Counted from the first letter of the stretch, positions 1 through 8,972 are shown. The stretch: 16,856 nucleotides of DNA from Octopus sinensis (GCF_006345805.1 NW_021825080.1:1-16856), one strand, 5' to 3'. Numbers and translations are program-made. Notes: generated by a model from the letters alone, not told the origin.

Positions 1-96
1 AAGAAACACGTCTACCATCTTTGAGTTCTGCCTCATCTTCATCTTCATAATCTCCATGATCGTCTCCTTCATAGTAATCATCCATAGAGACACCTG
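1..96 (-). CDS. Coding exon of the minus-strand gene, running to or past the window edge: (T)GVSMDDYYEGDDHGDYEDEDEAELKDGRRVS. Product unknown.
   Basis: On the minus strand the acceptor reads ttttgtttcgctgtttcccag|CAG, with AG at 98-97. The D/E-rich frame is open and starts in phase 1, matching the phase-1 end of exon 1093-1172. Confidence 0.75.
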
Positions 97-249
97 CTGG
101 GAAACAGCGAAACAAAATTATAATAATTATGCATTTATATATACATACATATATATATGTACACACGCACGCACGCACACACACACACACATACACACAC
201 ACACATATATATATTATACATACACACACGTACACACACATATACACAT

Positions 250-453
250 CCCGGTTTCCGTGGCGTATGTGTTCCCCAGCTGGATGGGACGCCCAGTCCG
301 TCGCAGCGTTACTCATTTTTGCCAGCTGAGTGGACTGGAGCAACAACGTGAAATAAGTTTTTGCTCAGAACACAATGCAATCGCTCGGTCCGGAATCGAA
401 ACCACAATCTTACGATCATGATGCTGACACCCTAACCACGAAGACACGTGCCT

Positions 454-455
<2 letters not shown>
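250..455 (-). mobile_element. tRNA-derived SINE, family A
   Basis: The minus strand begins with a tRNA-like head containing A-box-like (gtggttag) and B-box-like (ggtttcgattcc) motifs. The body (ctccagtccactcagctg) is shared with the copy at 7697-8000. Confidence 0.8.
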
Positions 456-490
<35 letters not shown>

Positions 491-777
491 TATATATTAT
501 ATTAAATTAGAGATAAAACCACTATTAGGCAAATCATACGATGAAAAACTTAAGCCAATACATAAGATTAATTAATTTATATTATTTAAATATATAACAA
601 AATTATAAAAAAAAATATAATTAATATAACACTACGATCGTTTCATGGCTGTTAATTTCTTTAAATTTTCGAGTTACAGTCATTCATCAGGTGGTTTAAA
701 TATTTAACTTGGCGAGGTTTAATCAAATTATAATAATTATGCATTTATATATACATACATATATATATGTACGCACG

Positions 778-827
<50 letters not shown>

Positions 828-860
828 CATACACACATATATAAATATATATAAGGCATG

Positions 861-988
861 ATTTATTCGTGATGAGAGGCGTTCGTAAACTGAGGTTCTA
901 CTGTATTAAATGAATACGAGAAAGACAAGAGATAAAGAACAATTTATTCGTGAACCAGAGCTGGTCAAAAGCCGGCGTTCTACTGTAT
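861..988 (-). mobile_element. Two tandem, same-orientation terminal fragments of a pogo/Tigger-like (Tc1-mariner) element
   Basis: The minus strand reads TA|CAGTAGAAC...TCACGAATAAAT twice (906-861 and 988-942). A TA-CAGT terminus is typical of pogo/Tigger TIRs. Confidence 0.45.
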
Positions 989-995
989 GTGTGTG

Positions 996-1036
<41 letters not shown>

Positions 1037-1092
1037 CTCATGCATATCCCAAAGTCCAAACACATCTTATGTACTCCTTTGTGTGTACTCAC

Positions 1093-1172
1093 TTTCATTA
1101 ATTTGCTTCATGGATTCTTTAAATTTGGTTCTTTCTGATGGTTCCTGGTCCTCAAGACATCGCTCCTGGTCC
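1093..1172 (-). CDS. 80-nt internal coding exon: (K)DQERCLEDQEPSERTKFKESMKQINE(T)
   Basis: Acceptor tgttccag|G and donor GAAA|gtgagt. Only one of the three frames is stop-free. Its phases (2 in, 1 out) match both neighbouring exons. Confidence 0.8.
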
Positions 1173-1188
1173 CTGGAACATACATTAA

Positions 1189-1498
1189 ATAATAACAACC
1201 GTAGCAGCAGCAGCAGCACCACCAACAACAAGAACGACAACAATGACAACAACAATAGTAATAAAGACAAAAGCAACAGCAGTAGCAGCAGCATCAACAA
1301 AAGCTGTTCCCAAACTATCTACTATAATAATACTCTTGTGTTTTTCTCCGGCACAAAATGTGAATGAGGAAGGAAGGGGTGATAGATGAATAAGGAAGGA
1401 GGGAAGGAAGGAAGGAAGAAAGGAATGATAGATGAATAAGGAAGGAAGGAAGGAAGGAAGAAAGGGGTGATAGATGAATAAGGAAGGAAGGGGTGATG
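1189..1498. repeat. Mixed AAC/AGC/AAT triplet tract (1189-1300) and a GGAA-rich minisatellite (1365-1498)
   Basis: tgatagatgaataaggaagga occurs three times, separated by (ggaa)n. Confidence 0.9.
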
Positions 1499-1820
1499 GC
1501 AAACTGGTAGTGGGATGGTGAACATTCAACGCTGAAAAGAAAAATCAAACAGCATTTCAACTCTATGAGTATGTGTGTCTATGTGTGTGCATGTACAAGG
1601 GAATCTGTGAATATTGACAAGTGTTTAATCTGATTTACCATCCGTATTTTATATAAAATTCTACAATTAGCCGTCATTTTTGGCGGTACGGAGCCAGCTG
1701 GTCAATAATATTTCACTCATGGCTAATTTAAATCCAAAAATTTAAAACACAAAAAGAGCACATTCAGTTCTGCGAACGAACTTAGACTGAGGCACTAAAG
1801 AAGGGAAACTGGGAACTCAC

Positions 1821-1889
1821 TTGTGATCTGGCTCCATGGTGAGCAACTGTTGAGGGCAAAATGACGGTAAGGGCTCCAGAGACGGACTG
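1821..1889 (-). CDS. 69-nt exon containing the probable start codon (ATG at 1837-1835, MEPDHK). The frame is also open upstream of the ATG (SPSLEPLPSFCPQQLLT).
   Basis: Acceptor tttttttgtttccattgcag|CAG and donor CACAA|gtgagt. The ATG context is CTCACCATGG, a strong Kozak. The exon ends in phase 2, joining exon 1093-1172 in frame. Confidence 0.78.
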
Positions 1890-2004
1890 CTGCAATGGAA
1901 ACAAAAAAACATCATTAGGTGTTAGGTTAATGTCTAGCTCGTGAAGGTCAGCCATCGGTTATATCATTTATTATGGATTCAGTAGCAATCCCCCGGAGGC
2001 TGCA

Positions 2005-2553
2005 ACATCATCGTCATCATCGTCGTCATCGTCATCATCAACATTGTCGTCGTCGTCATTGTCATAATCGTCATCATCGTCGTCGTTGTCATCATCGTCG
2101 TCGTCGTCATTCTCATAATCGTCATCATCGTCGTCGTTGTCATCATCGCCGTCGTCGTCATCGTCATCGTCATCATCATCATCAACATTGTCGTCGTCAT
2201 CGTCATTGTCATAATCGTCATCATCGTCGTCGTTGTCATCATCATCGTCATCATCATCATCATCAACATTATCGTCGTCATCATCATCATCGTCGTCGTT
2301 GTCATTGTCATAATCGTCATCATCGTCGTCGTCGTCGTCATCATCATCGTCGTCGTCGTCATCATCGTCATCGTCATCATCAACATTGTCGTCGTCGTCG
2401 TCGTCATCATCATCACCGTCGTCATTGTCATAATCATCATCGTCGTCATCGTCATCATCAACATCGTCGTCATCATCATCGTCATCATCATCATCATAAT
2501 CAACATTGTTGTTGTCGTCGTCATCATCATCATCAACATTGTTGTTGTCGTCG
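2005..2553. repeat. Compound (TCA/TCG)n triplet satellite with higher-order units
   Basis: The markers caacatt and cataatc recur through the tract. It is the source of the spurious poly-D, poly-H and poly-M ORFs. Confidence 0.95.
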
Positions 2554-2554
2554 T

Positions 2555-2614
2555 GGAACCGAACCCGAAACCACATGGTTAGGAAGCAAGCTTCTTAACT
2601 ACGTAGCCATACTT
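2555..2614 (-). mobile_element. 5' tRNA-head fragment of SINE family B
   Basis: The reverse complement (atggctacgtagttaagaagcttgcttcctaaccatgtggtttcgggttcggttcc) aligns by eye with the head of the copy at 8523. Confidence 0.65.
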
Positions 2615-2649
2615 GCTGTATAAGCATGATAATGAAATATAGCAAAATA

Positions 2650-2893
2650 ACGAAGTCGACTTAGCCTTTCATCCTTTTGAGGTCGATAAATTAAGTACCA
2701 GTTGTGTACTGAGATCGATGTAATCGACTGGCCCCCTCCCCAAACGTTTTGGGCCTTGTGCTTAGAGCAAAAATGAATATTTTTTGTAGTATTTAAGGGC
2801 AGCTTAGTTGCATTTCGTCCGTCTTTGCCTTTCACCCTTTTTGGATGATAAAATAAATACTAGTTGAACTCCAGCTAGGGTCAATGTAATCAA
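2650..2893 (+). mobile_element. Two truncated copies of SINE family C (Nin/Deu-like central domain), at about 2650-2780 and 2809-2893
   Basis: gtcgacttagcctttcatccttttgaggtcgataaattaagtaccag matches the reverse complement of the copy at 16514-16729. Confidence 0.75.
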
Positions 2894-3035
2894 GACCAAT
2901 GTTCTTGTCGTGCCATATGGTAGATTGCTAATAGATTCTGTTCAAGAATTCTGTTAGCATTGCTAGTGTATATAAAAGCGTTTGTTGGTGAATGAGAGTG
3001 TTAATAGAAAAATGGTGCTTTAAAGAAGACACTTC

Positions 3036-3485
3036 GGATCTTTTCGGTTTGAACGGCAGTTTTTAAGATAATTTCTAGGTAACTAAAAAAATTTAAACTT
3101 CGTATACTGGTAGAATGTGTTTACAAAACATCTTTTTCTCTTGGCTTTATTGAGAAAATTCTATAGTTTGTAAGATATTTGTTGTTTTTTTCTTCAATTT
3201 CTGCAATTTCAACCAATCAGTGACGTCTATTGAGTTGAAAAGCATTCCGTGCCGTATGAATATGTCCCTCGTTTAAGAAACAGATTGGGTTTATTTATAT
3301 TTGTGAAGAAAAAAAAGATACCCTTCCTCCACTCCAACTCTAACCCTATCCCTATCTCTAACCCTAACTAACCCTAACCCTAAAAGAGATTGAGATACGA
3401 TAGATCGATTCTAGGGGTCATTATTATGGGTGACAATTTCATATGACACCGCTAGAAAAAAGTGCCGTTCAAACCGAAAAGATCC
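3036..3485. mobile_element. 450-bp MITE with GG termini, 23-bp perfect TIRs (29 bp with one mismatch) and an 8-bp TSD
   Basis: TIR ggatcttttcggtttgaacggca at 3036-3058 and its reverse complement at 3463-3485. Flanks are gacacttc (3028-3035) and gacacctc (3486-3493). Confidence 0.9.
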
Positions 3486-4482
3486 GACACCTCGGTTATT
3501 AATCTCAGCTAGTGGGACTGTTTAAGCAAAACATTAACCATTTTTCATGATACAAACAAGAAGCAAGAGATCTATAGTGCCGGACTACGAACCCCCTATT
3601 TCTTGCTTGCATCATGAACAACAGACAAAACATGCAAACGTGAGTGTTCTGCTAACATCACTTGTAGAATTCTTGTAGTGTTCTGTGACAGAATTCCAAC
3701 ACATTCTGTTCAGGCATTCAGTCGATATTTTACCAAATGTTCCTTGTAGCATTCTTGTAATGTCATGTATAGTGGCTTGTTAATACACTTCGTTTAAGCA
3801 TTCTGTTAGTATTACAAAGTATTATTCTCTTAAATAGTGACTCTTGTATAAGGAAGATTCTTTTCACGGTTTCTTTTTAAGCATTCAGCCAAGATTCTGT
3901 AGCATTCAGGTAACATTCAACATTGATATGATATTAAATAGTGTGATGATAATGATGTGTTTGAAATAACTAAATCAAAATTTTAAAGAAAAAAATCCAA
4001 CAACAAACACCTATAAAATAAACACGAAATGTCAACAACCAAGAAAGAAAAGCAGGAATTTTTCTGTGGTTAAAAAAAAAAGAAGTATATATACAGAACA
4101 CTAGTGGAATAAATAGCAGCAGAGTCTTTTGAGAAAATATCTAGAAGTGCCATTCTGATAATTTCAAAGAGACGCATGCAACTTGTCCAATTATGGCTTC
4201 CATGAAAATGTTTTTGTATAAATGACGATGTGAGAAAATTAATAAGATTCGTGATTAAGGAAAAAAAAAATGTTGATACATTATTATGCCGGAAGTGTTG
4301 AGTGCTGTATGTGACGTGTGTGTGTGTGGTGTGTGTGTGTGTGTGTGTGTGTTTGTGTGTGTGTATGTGTGTGCAGAGTACAGTAGGTAGAAGGGAGGGT
4401 GTGAGTGAAGAGAAGATGAGAGTGATAGAGAAATGAAAAGGTATTGATATGTGTGTGTGTGTATGTGTGTGTGTTATGTGTG

Positions 4483-4513
<31 letters not shown>

Positions 4514-4590
4514 GACAGACAGATAGATATAACACCTCCTTCATTACTGTCATTTTAACATTTATATTGCAAAGAAACAACAACAACAAC

Positions 4591-4652
<62 letters not shown>

Positions 4653-4653
<1 letters not shown>

Positions 4654-4929
4654 CGAGAACTGTTCCTATTATTGTGGGTGCCCTAGTTACGATAAAAAGG
4701 GATGTCAGAAACATTTAGATAAGATCCCAGGAGAACCATGTCTCAGAGAAATCCAAAAGATTGTGCTCACAAGTACTGACCACATCCTTAGAAAAAAACT
4801 CTATCCATTTAAATGTCTGTGCTGCATTACATGAAGATATTTCGCTACTGCCCTTGCCACTCCCTCCCCCCCCCAAAAAAAATGTAACGACGAGCGAAAT
4901 ATCACTAAACATTCTGCCAGTCAGGTGCC
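4653..4929 (+). mobile_element. 5'-truncated R4/Dong-type RLE non-LTR retrotransposon, 3' end A
   Basis: With one frameshift it translates as TRTVPIIVGALVTIK/KGCQKHLDKIPGEPCLREIQKIVLTSTDHILRKKL, the characteristic C-terminus of R4/Dong-type ORFs. (TAA)n lies on both sides. Confidence 0.8.
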
Positions 4930-4978
<49 letters not shown>

Positions 4979-5007
4979 TGATGATGATGATGATGATGAT
5001 TAGGATG

Positions 5008-5061
<54 letters not shown>

Positions 5062-5076
5062 TAACAATAATAATAA

Positions 5077-5594
5077 TGGCTCTCATGGCTTCTGATCTTA
5101 ACTGATTGGATGTGTTATCATGTACATTGTTTTGTCTTGGTATAAAAAGATGGGCTACAGCAAATATTCTGCTCAAAACCACAGATTTGCTTGTCAGTTG
5201 TTTGACCTTAACCAGTTGAGCATGTCCCTTAGTGACTGACGATATGGCATCTCTGATCACGAGCAGAAGTAGTGGGGAAGCATCATAGCCATGTGTTGAG
5301 AGGGATTCTTTGGGGTTTGAATAATTCACCTCTGGAAACATAGGTGTTTTGTTAATCATCCTTACGCAATCTTTAGAGCGGTATGGACTTCTCGACCGGA
5401 AGAAAATTCTAACAGGGCCCCACCTGCAAGGTCTTGTGCTGTTTATCTTGATATGAGATCACCATGTCGCGCACATATGGTTGTGATGCATGTGCCTAGT
5501 GTACTCTTAACAGAGGGGTAGTCATGATGAGTATACTGGGCTTCGTATATTTTACCCCAGTGTCACTTTGATGGCATGCACTGCTCTCTCACAC
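5077..5594. mobile_element. 518-bp unclassified insertion in the (TAA)n tract
   Basis: Complex, non-repetitive sequence bounded precisely by (TAA)n on both sides, with no recognisable protein. I recall similar sequence as a dispersed octopus repeat, but this is unverified. Confidence 0.6.
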
Positions 5595-5607
5595 AATAAT
5601 AATAATA

Positions 5608-5650
<43 letters not shown>

Positions 5651-5673
5651 TGATGATGATGATGATGATGATA

Positions 5674-5734
<61 letters not shown>

Positions 5735-5751
5735 GTAATAATAATAATAAT

Positions 5752-6044
5752 TCTACTTAACTCAGATACCAGGAAACCTAAGAATGGCAGAAATTCAAAA
5801 GATAGTGCTCATGGGAACTGCTCATATCCTACGCAAAATACTTTCTATGTAATCTCAAGTTTTAAAACAAACATAATTTTCGTATGGTTGTTTTTAGACA
5901 TTCACTAGTCCAACACTAAATACAAAACCAAATATATGGCACACTAGGCATAACACCAAGACGAACTTCCAACTTGTTGTCTCTTGAGGTCTCTGGGTGA
6001 GACTTGGAGTCAACTTGTACAAATGTAAAGCAAAAGTCAAACAT
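5752..6044 (+). mobile_element. 5'-truncated R4/Dong-type retrotransposon, 3' end C
   Basis: Intact frame 5754-5852 reads YLTQIPGNLRMAEIQKIVLMGTAHILRKILSM*, followed by a 3' UTR of about 190 nt. Flanked by (TAA)n. Confidence 0.85.
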
Positions 6045-6148
6045 ATAATAATAATAATAATAATAATAATAGCAGCAGCAGTAGCAGCACAGCAGCAGTA
6101 GTAGTAGTAGTCGTCGTCGTCGTCGTCGTAGTAGTAGTAGTAGTAGTA

Positions 6149-6386
6149 ATCGGAATTGACATGAGAACAGAGCAAGCCGCAAAAAAAAAAACTGCTCTGC
6201 TGGGGGAGAGCTAGGATTTTGAGATTGGTACTTGAATGTTGAATGCCTCCCACGATAATTAACAACCAAGTACCAAAGCTTATAATGCGCGGAAATAGAC
6301 TCTGTGCGACCCCTGACGGCAGGCTGCTGTCCGCGCTCACAGAATCTACCAGAAGAAACAGGACCGAACGTTCTGAGAAGTAAAAC
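6149..6386 (+). mobile_element. 5'-truncated R4/Dong-type retrotransposon, 3' end D
   Basis: A decayed frame reads IGIDMRTEQ..KTALLG/ARILRLVLEC*, with the stop at 6240-6242, matching the LQKTALLGTARILR consensus. Triplet repeats lie upstream and aataataat downstream. Confidence 0.8.
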
Positions 6387-6542
6387 AATAATAATGATAA
6401 TTATTATTTATTATAACAATGATATAGCCACTTACCTCCTCAAAGATTTTTTCCTTTTCACACAGAATTTACATATAATAAAGACAGCCAGTACGATAAA
6501 AAGCCCACCTACAACTCCAGCAGTTAACACGATAACTGTTAC

Positions 6543-6581
6543 CTGTGGAGCGACACTGGAATTAGGTCTTTCCGGTGTTAC
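6543..6581 (-). other. 39-nt exon of the minus-strand gene, probably 5' UTR or uORF; open only in phase 0 (VTPERPNSSVAPQ)
   Basis: Acceptor gtcgtctctttgtctctgcag and donor CCACAG|gtaaca. Non-repetitive sequence in the same orientation as the downstream exons. Confidence 0.55.
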
Positions 6582-7475
6582 CTGCAGAGACAAAGAGACG
6601 ACGAAACAATATTTATTGAAAACAATTGTGGTGTATTTTGTTGTATTTCGGAATGGTCATTTTGCCAGTTTAGCCAATAAAATCATACGCACTATATATT
6701 TGGTGTTACTTTGCTTCAGTGTTATTTATTTTTTACATTAATCTTAATCTTATTTCGGCCAGAGTTCTTTCGTCACACTCCTGTGACCGCATCAGTGGTC
6801 CTTTGCTTTCTTCTTTCTTATTTGTGTGTCTCTCCTTACTAACCCTCAGCCATTTTGTATTTATTGGCTAAACTGGCAAAATGACCATTCCGAAATACAA
6901 CAATGTCTGTTTCAACACACGACTTCAAATAAAAAATCTTGCACAACAAATATATAAACGTAAATTGTTGTGTAGTCTTACATTTAGTGGGTGGGTGGCT
7001 GGGAGAGATCTGATAAAGCGTTAATGTTAGTTATATGGCAGTTATAAAATGAATACACACACATGAATATATATATTTACATACATACACAAATACATAC
7101 ATTCATACATACATACATACATACATACATACATACATACATACATACATACATACATACATACACATGCAGACAAACATACACACATGCACTTATAGTT
7201 GTGGTGGATCTCTGTTCTCCGAATTAACTGTTGAAGCAACTGAATTATCTGCTTTTGAACTAATATCTAACTGACTGAGTATTCCACAGATATATGTGTA
7301 TGTATACATATGCATATGCATATACGTATATACATATTATATATACATACGCATATATACATACATACCTAGTAGTTGTGAAGTGAACTTCTTAAATTCA
7401 TAGCTATACCTGTACTTATGCAGACACACACACACGTTCACACACACACATGCACACACGCACACGCACGCATGG

Positions 7476-7535
<60 letters not shown>

Positions 7536-7593
7536 CTGTCAGTTCACATACGCTTGGATTTTCAGAAAATGAAATCAGCCAATTGATTCTCAC

Positions 7594-7607
7594 CTTACAA
7601 ATATAAT
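7594..7607 (-). other. Candidate 14-nt micro-exon (ATTATATTTGTAAG)
   Basis: Acceptor ttttaccgttccgcttacag and donor AAG|gtgaga. Phase-compatible with exons 12104-12135 and 6543-6581. A feature this short could be chance. Confidence 0.3.
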
Positions 7608-7696
7608 CTGTAAGCGGAACGGTAAAACTATGCAAGACTTTTCTCAGGTGTAAAACGTGGCATTGTTTGTGTGTGCGTGTGTGAGTGTATGTGTGT

Positions 7697-8000
7697 GAAG
7701 GTACGTGGTACAGTGGTTAGAAGTATTGCATTCATGACTGTTGTATTGTGGTTTCGATTCTCAGACCGGCAGCGCATTGTGTTCTTGAGCAAAACCCTTC
7801 ATTTCACTTTGCCTCAGTCCACTCAGCTGTAAATGAGTGAACCCTGCAACGTACTGGCCTTCCGATCAGGAGGAATGCTGTCAGGACTCCTCGCCAGCAG
7901 GATGGTGGCATCATTCCAAAGCTAAAAATGTTGCAAAGTACATTGTGACCAGCGATGTATAACAACATCAGGTAGTCTGGTCGATAACATAATACCGTGA
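7697..8000 (+). mobile_element. tRNA-derived SINE, family A, near full length
   Basis: Head gaaggtacgtggtacagtggttag...ggtttcgattc; the body is homologous to 250-455. Confidence 0.8.
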
Positions 8001-8007
8001 TTATATT

Positions 8008-8365
8008 ACACACACATGCACACACACACAAGGGCATACATACAGATCACACACACATACATCACACAGACACACACATAGACACACACATACACCACAT
8101 ACACATTACACACACGTCAAATACATCACACACACACATACATAACACAGACACACACATACATAACACAGACACACACATAGAAATACACATACACCAC
8201 ATACACATTACACACACGTCAAATACATCACACACACACATACATAACACAGACACACACATAGACATACACATACACATTACACATACGTCAAATACAT
8301 CACACACACATACATCATACACATTTCCACGTACATCACATACACACGCACACACACATCACACG
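8008..8365. repeat. CA-rich minisatellite with higher-order units
   Basis: gtcaaatacatcacacacac recurs at 8116, 8218 and 8290. Confidence 0.9.
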
Positions 8366-8522
8366 CACCCATCCCCACTACCCCACGAACCCATACTTAT
8401 GATGAAGTAATAAAATATAAGTCGATCGTGGTACACAGTTCGTTAGCTTCAAACATAGACATAGCTTCTATCGATAACAAAAAGCAAATAATTATCATTA
8501 AAGTTTATTAATCAAATAAGTT

Positions 8523-8680
8523 AGGAATGGCTGTGTGGTAAGTAGCTTGCTAACCAACCACATGGTTCTGGGTTCAGTCCCACTGCGTGGCACCTTGGGC
8601 AAGTGTCTTCTGCTATAGCCTCGGGCCGACCAAAGCCTTGTGAGTGGATTTGGTAGACGGAAACTGAAAGAAGCCCGTCG

Positions 8681-8768
<88 letters not shown>

Positions 8769-8972
8769 GTGTTTTGTCCCCCAACATCGTTGACAACCGA
8801 TGCTGGTGTGTTTACGTCCCCGTAACTTAGCGGTTCGGCAAAAAAGACCGATAGAATAAGTACTAGGCTTACAAAGAATAAGTCCTGGGGTCGATTTGCT
8901 CGACTAAAAAGGTGGTGCTCCAGCATGGCTACAGTCAAATGACTGAAACAAGTAAAAGAGTAAAAAGAGTAA
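8523..8972 (+). mobile_element. Full-length tRNA-derived SINE, family B, with an internal (TA)n(TG)n tract and a short tandem tail
   Basis: tRNA-like head (tggctgtgtggtaag...gggttcagtcc), CORE-like ccttgggcaagtg, microsatellite at 8681-8766, and tail agtaaaagagtaaaaagagtaa. Confidence 0.85.

Larger units (their letters stand above)
4576..6400. repeat. (TAA)n microsatellite tract with TGA, TAG, CAG and TCG variant blocks, interrupted by four insertions
   Basis: Repeat blocks at 4576-4652, 4930-5076, 5595-5750, 6045-6148 and 6387-6400. Confidence 0.95.

Noticed and set aside
858-893. Box C (GTGATGA) and box D (CTGA) suggesting a C/D snoRNA
   Set aside because: The boxes are only 14 nt apart with no terminal stem. 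A transposon TIR on the other strand explains the sequence better.
1971-2623. ORFs of 186-216 aa (poly-D, poly-H/R, poly-M/T)
   Set aside because: They lie within a triplet satellite that lacks stops in several frames, and have no splice signals or domain content.
3336-3383. Telomere or chromosome-fusion relic
   Set aside because: It is short, degenerate and enclosed within MITE TIRs.
5000-5359. 119-aa minus-strand ORF in the 518-bp insert
   Set aside because: There is no recognisable motif, it ends by reading into the TAA repeat, and its length is within chance.
7369-7409. Possible 41-nt minus-strand exon (acag|GTATAG...CTAG|gtatgt)
   Set aside because: The acceptor is weak and both sides are microsatellite. 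It cannot be excluded as a UTR exon, but support is too low.
7697-7770. tRNA-like A/B-box sequences here and at other SINE heads
   Set aside because: They form no complete cloverleaf and continue into SINE bodies, so they are not tRNA genes.
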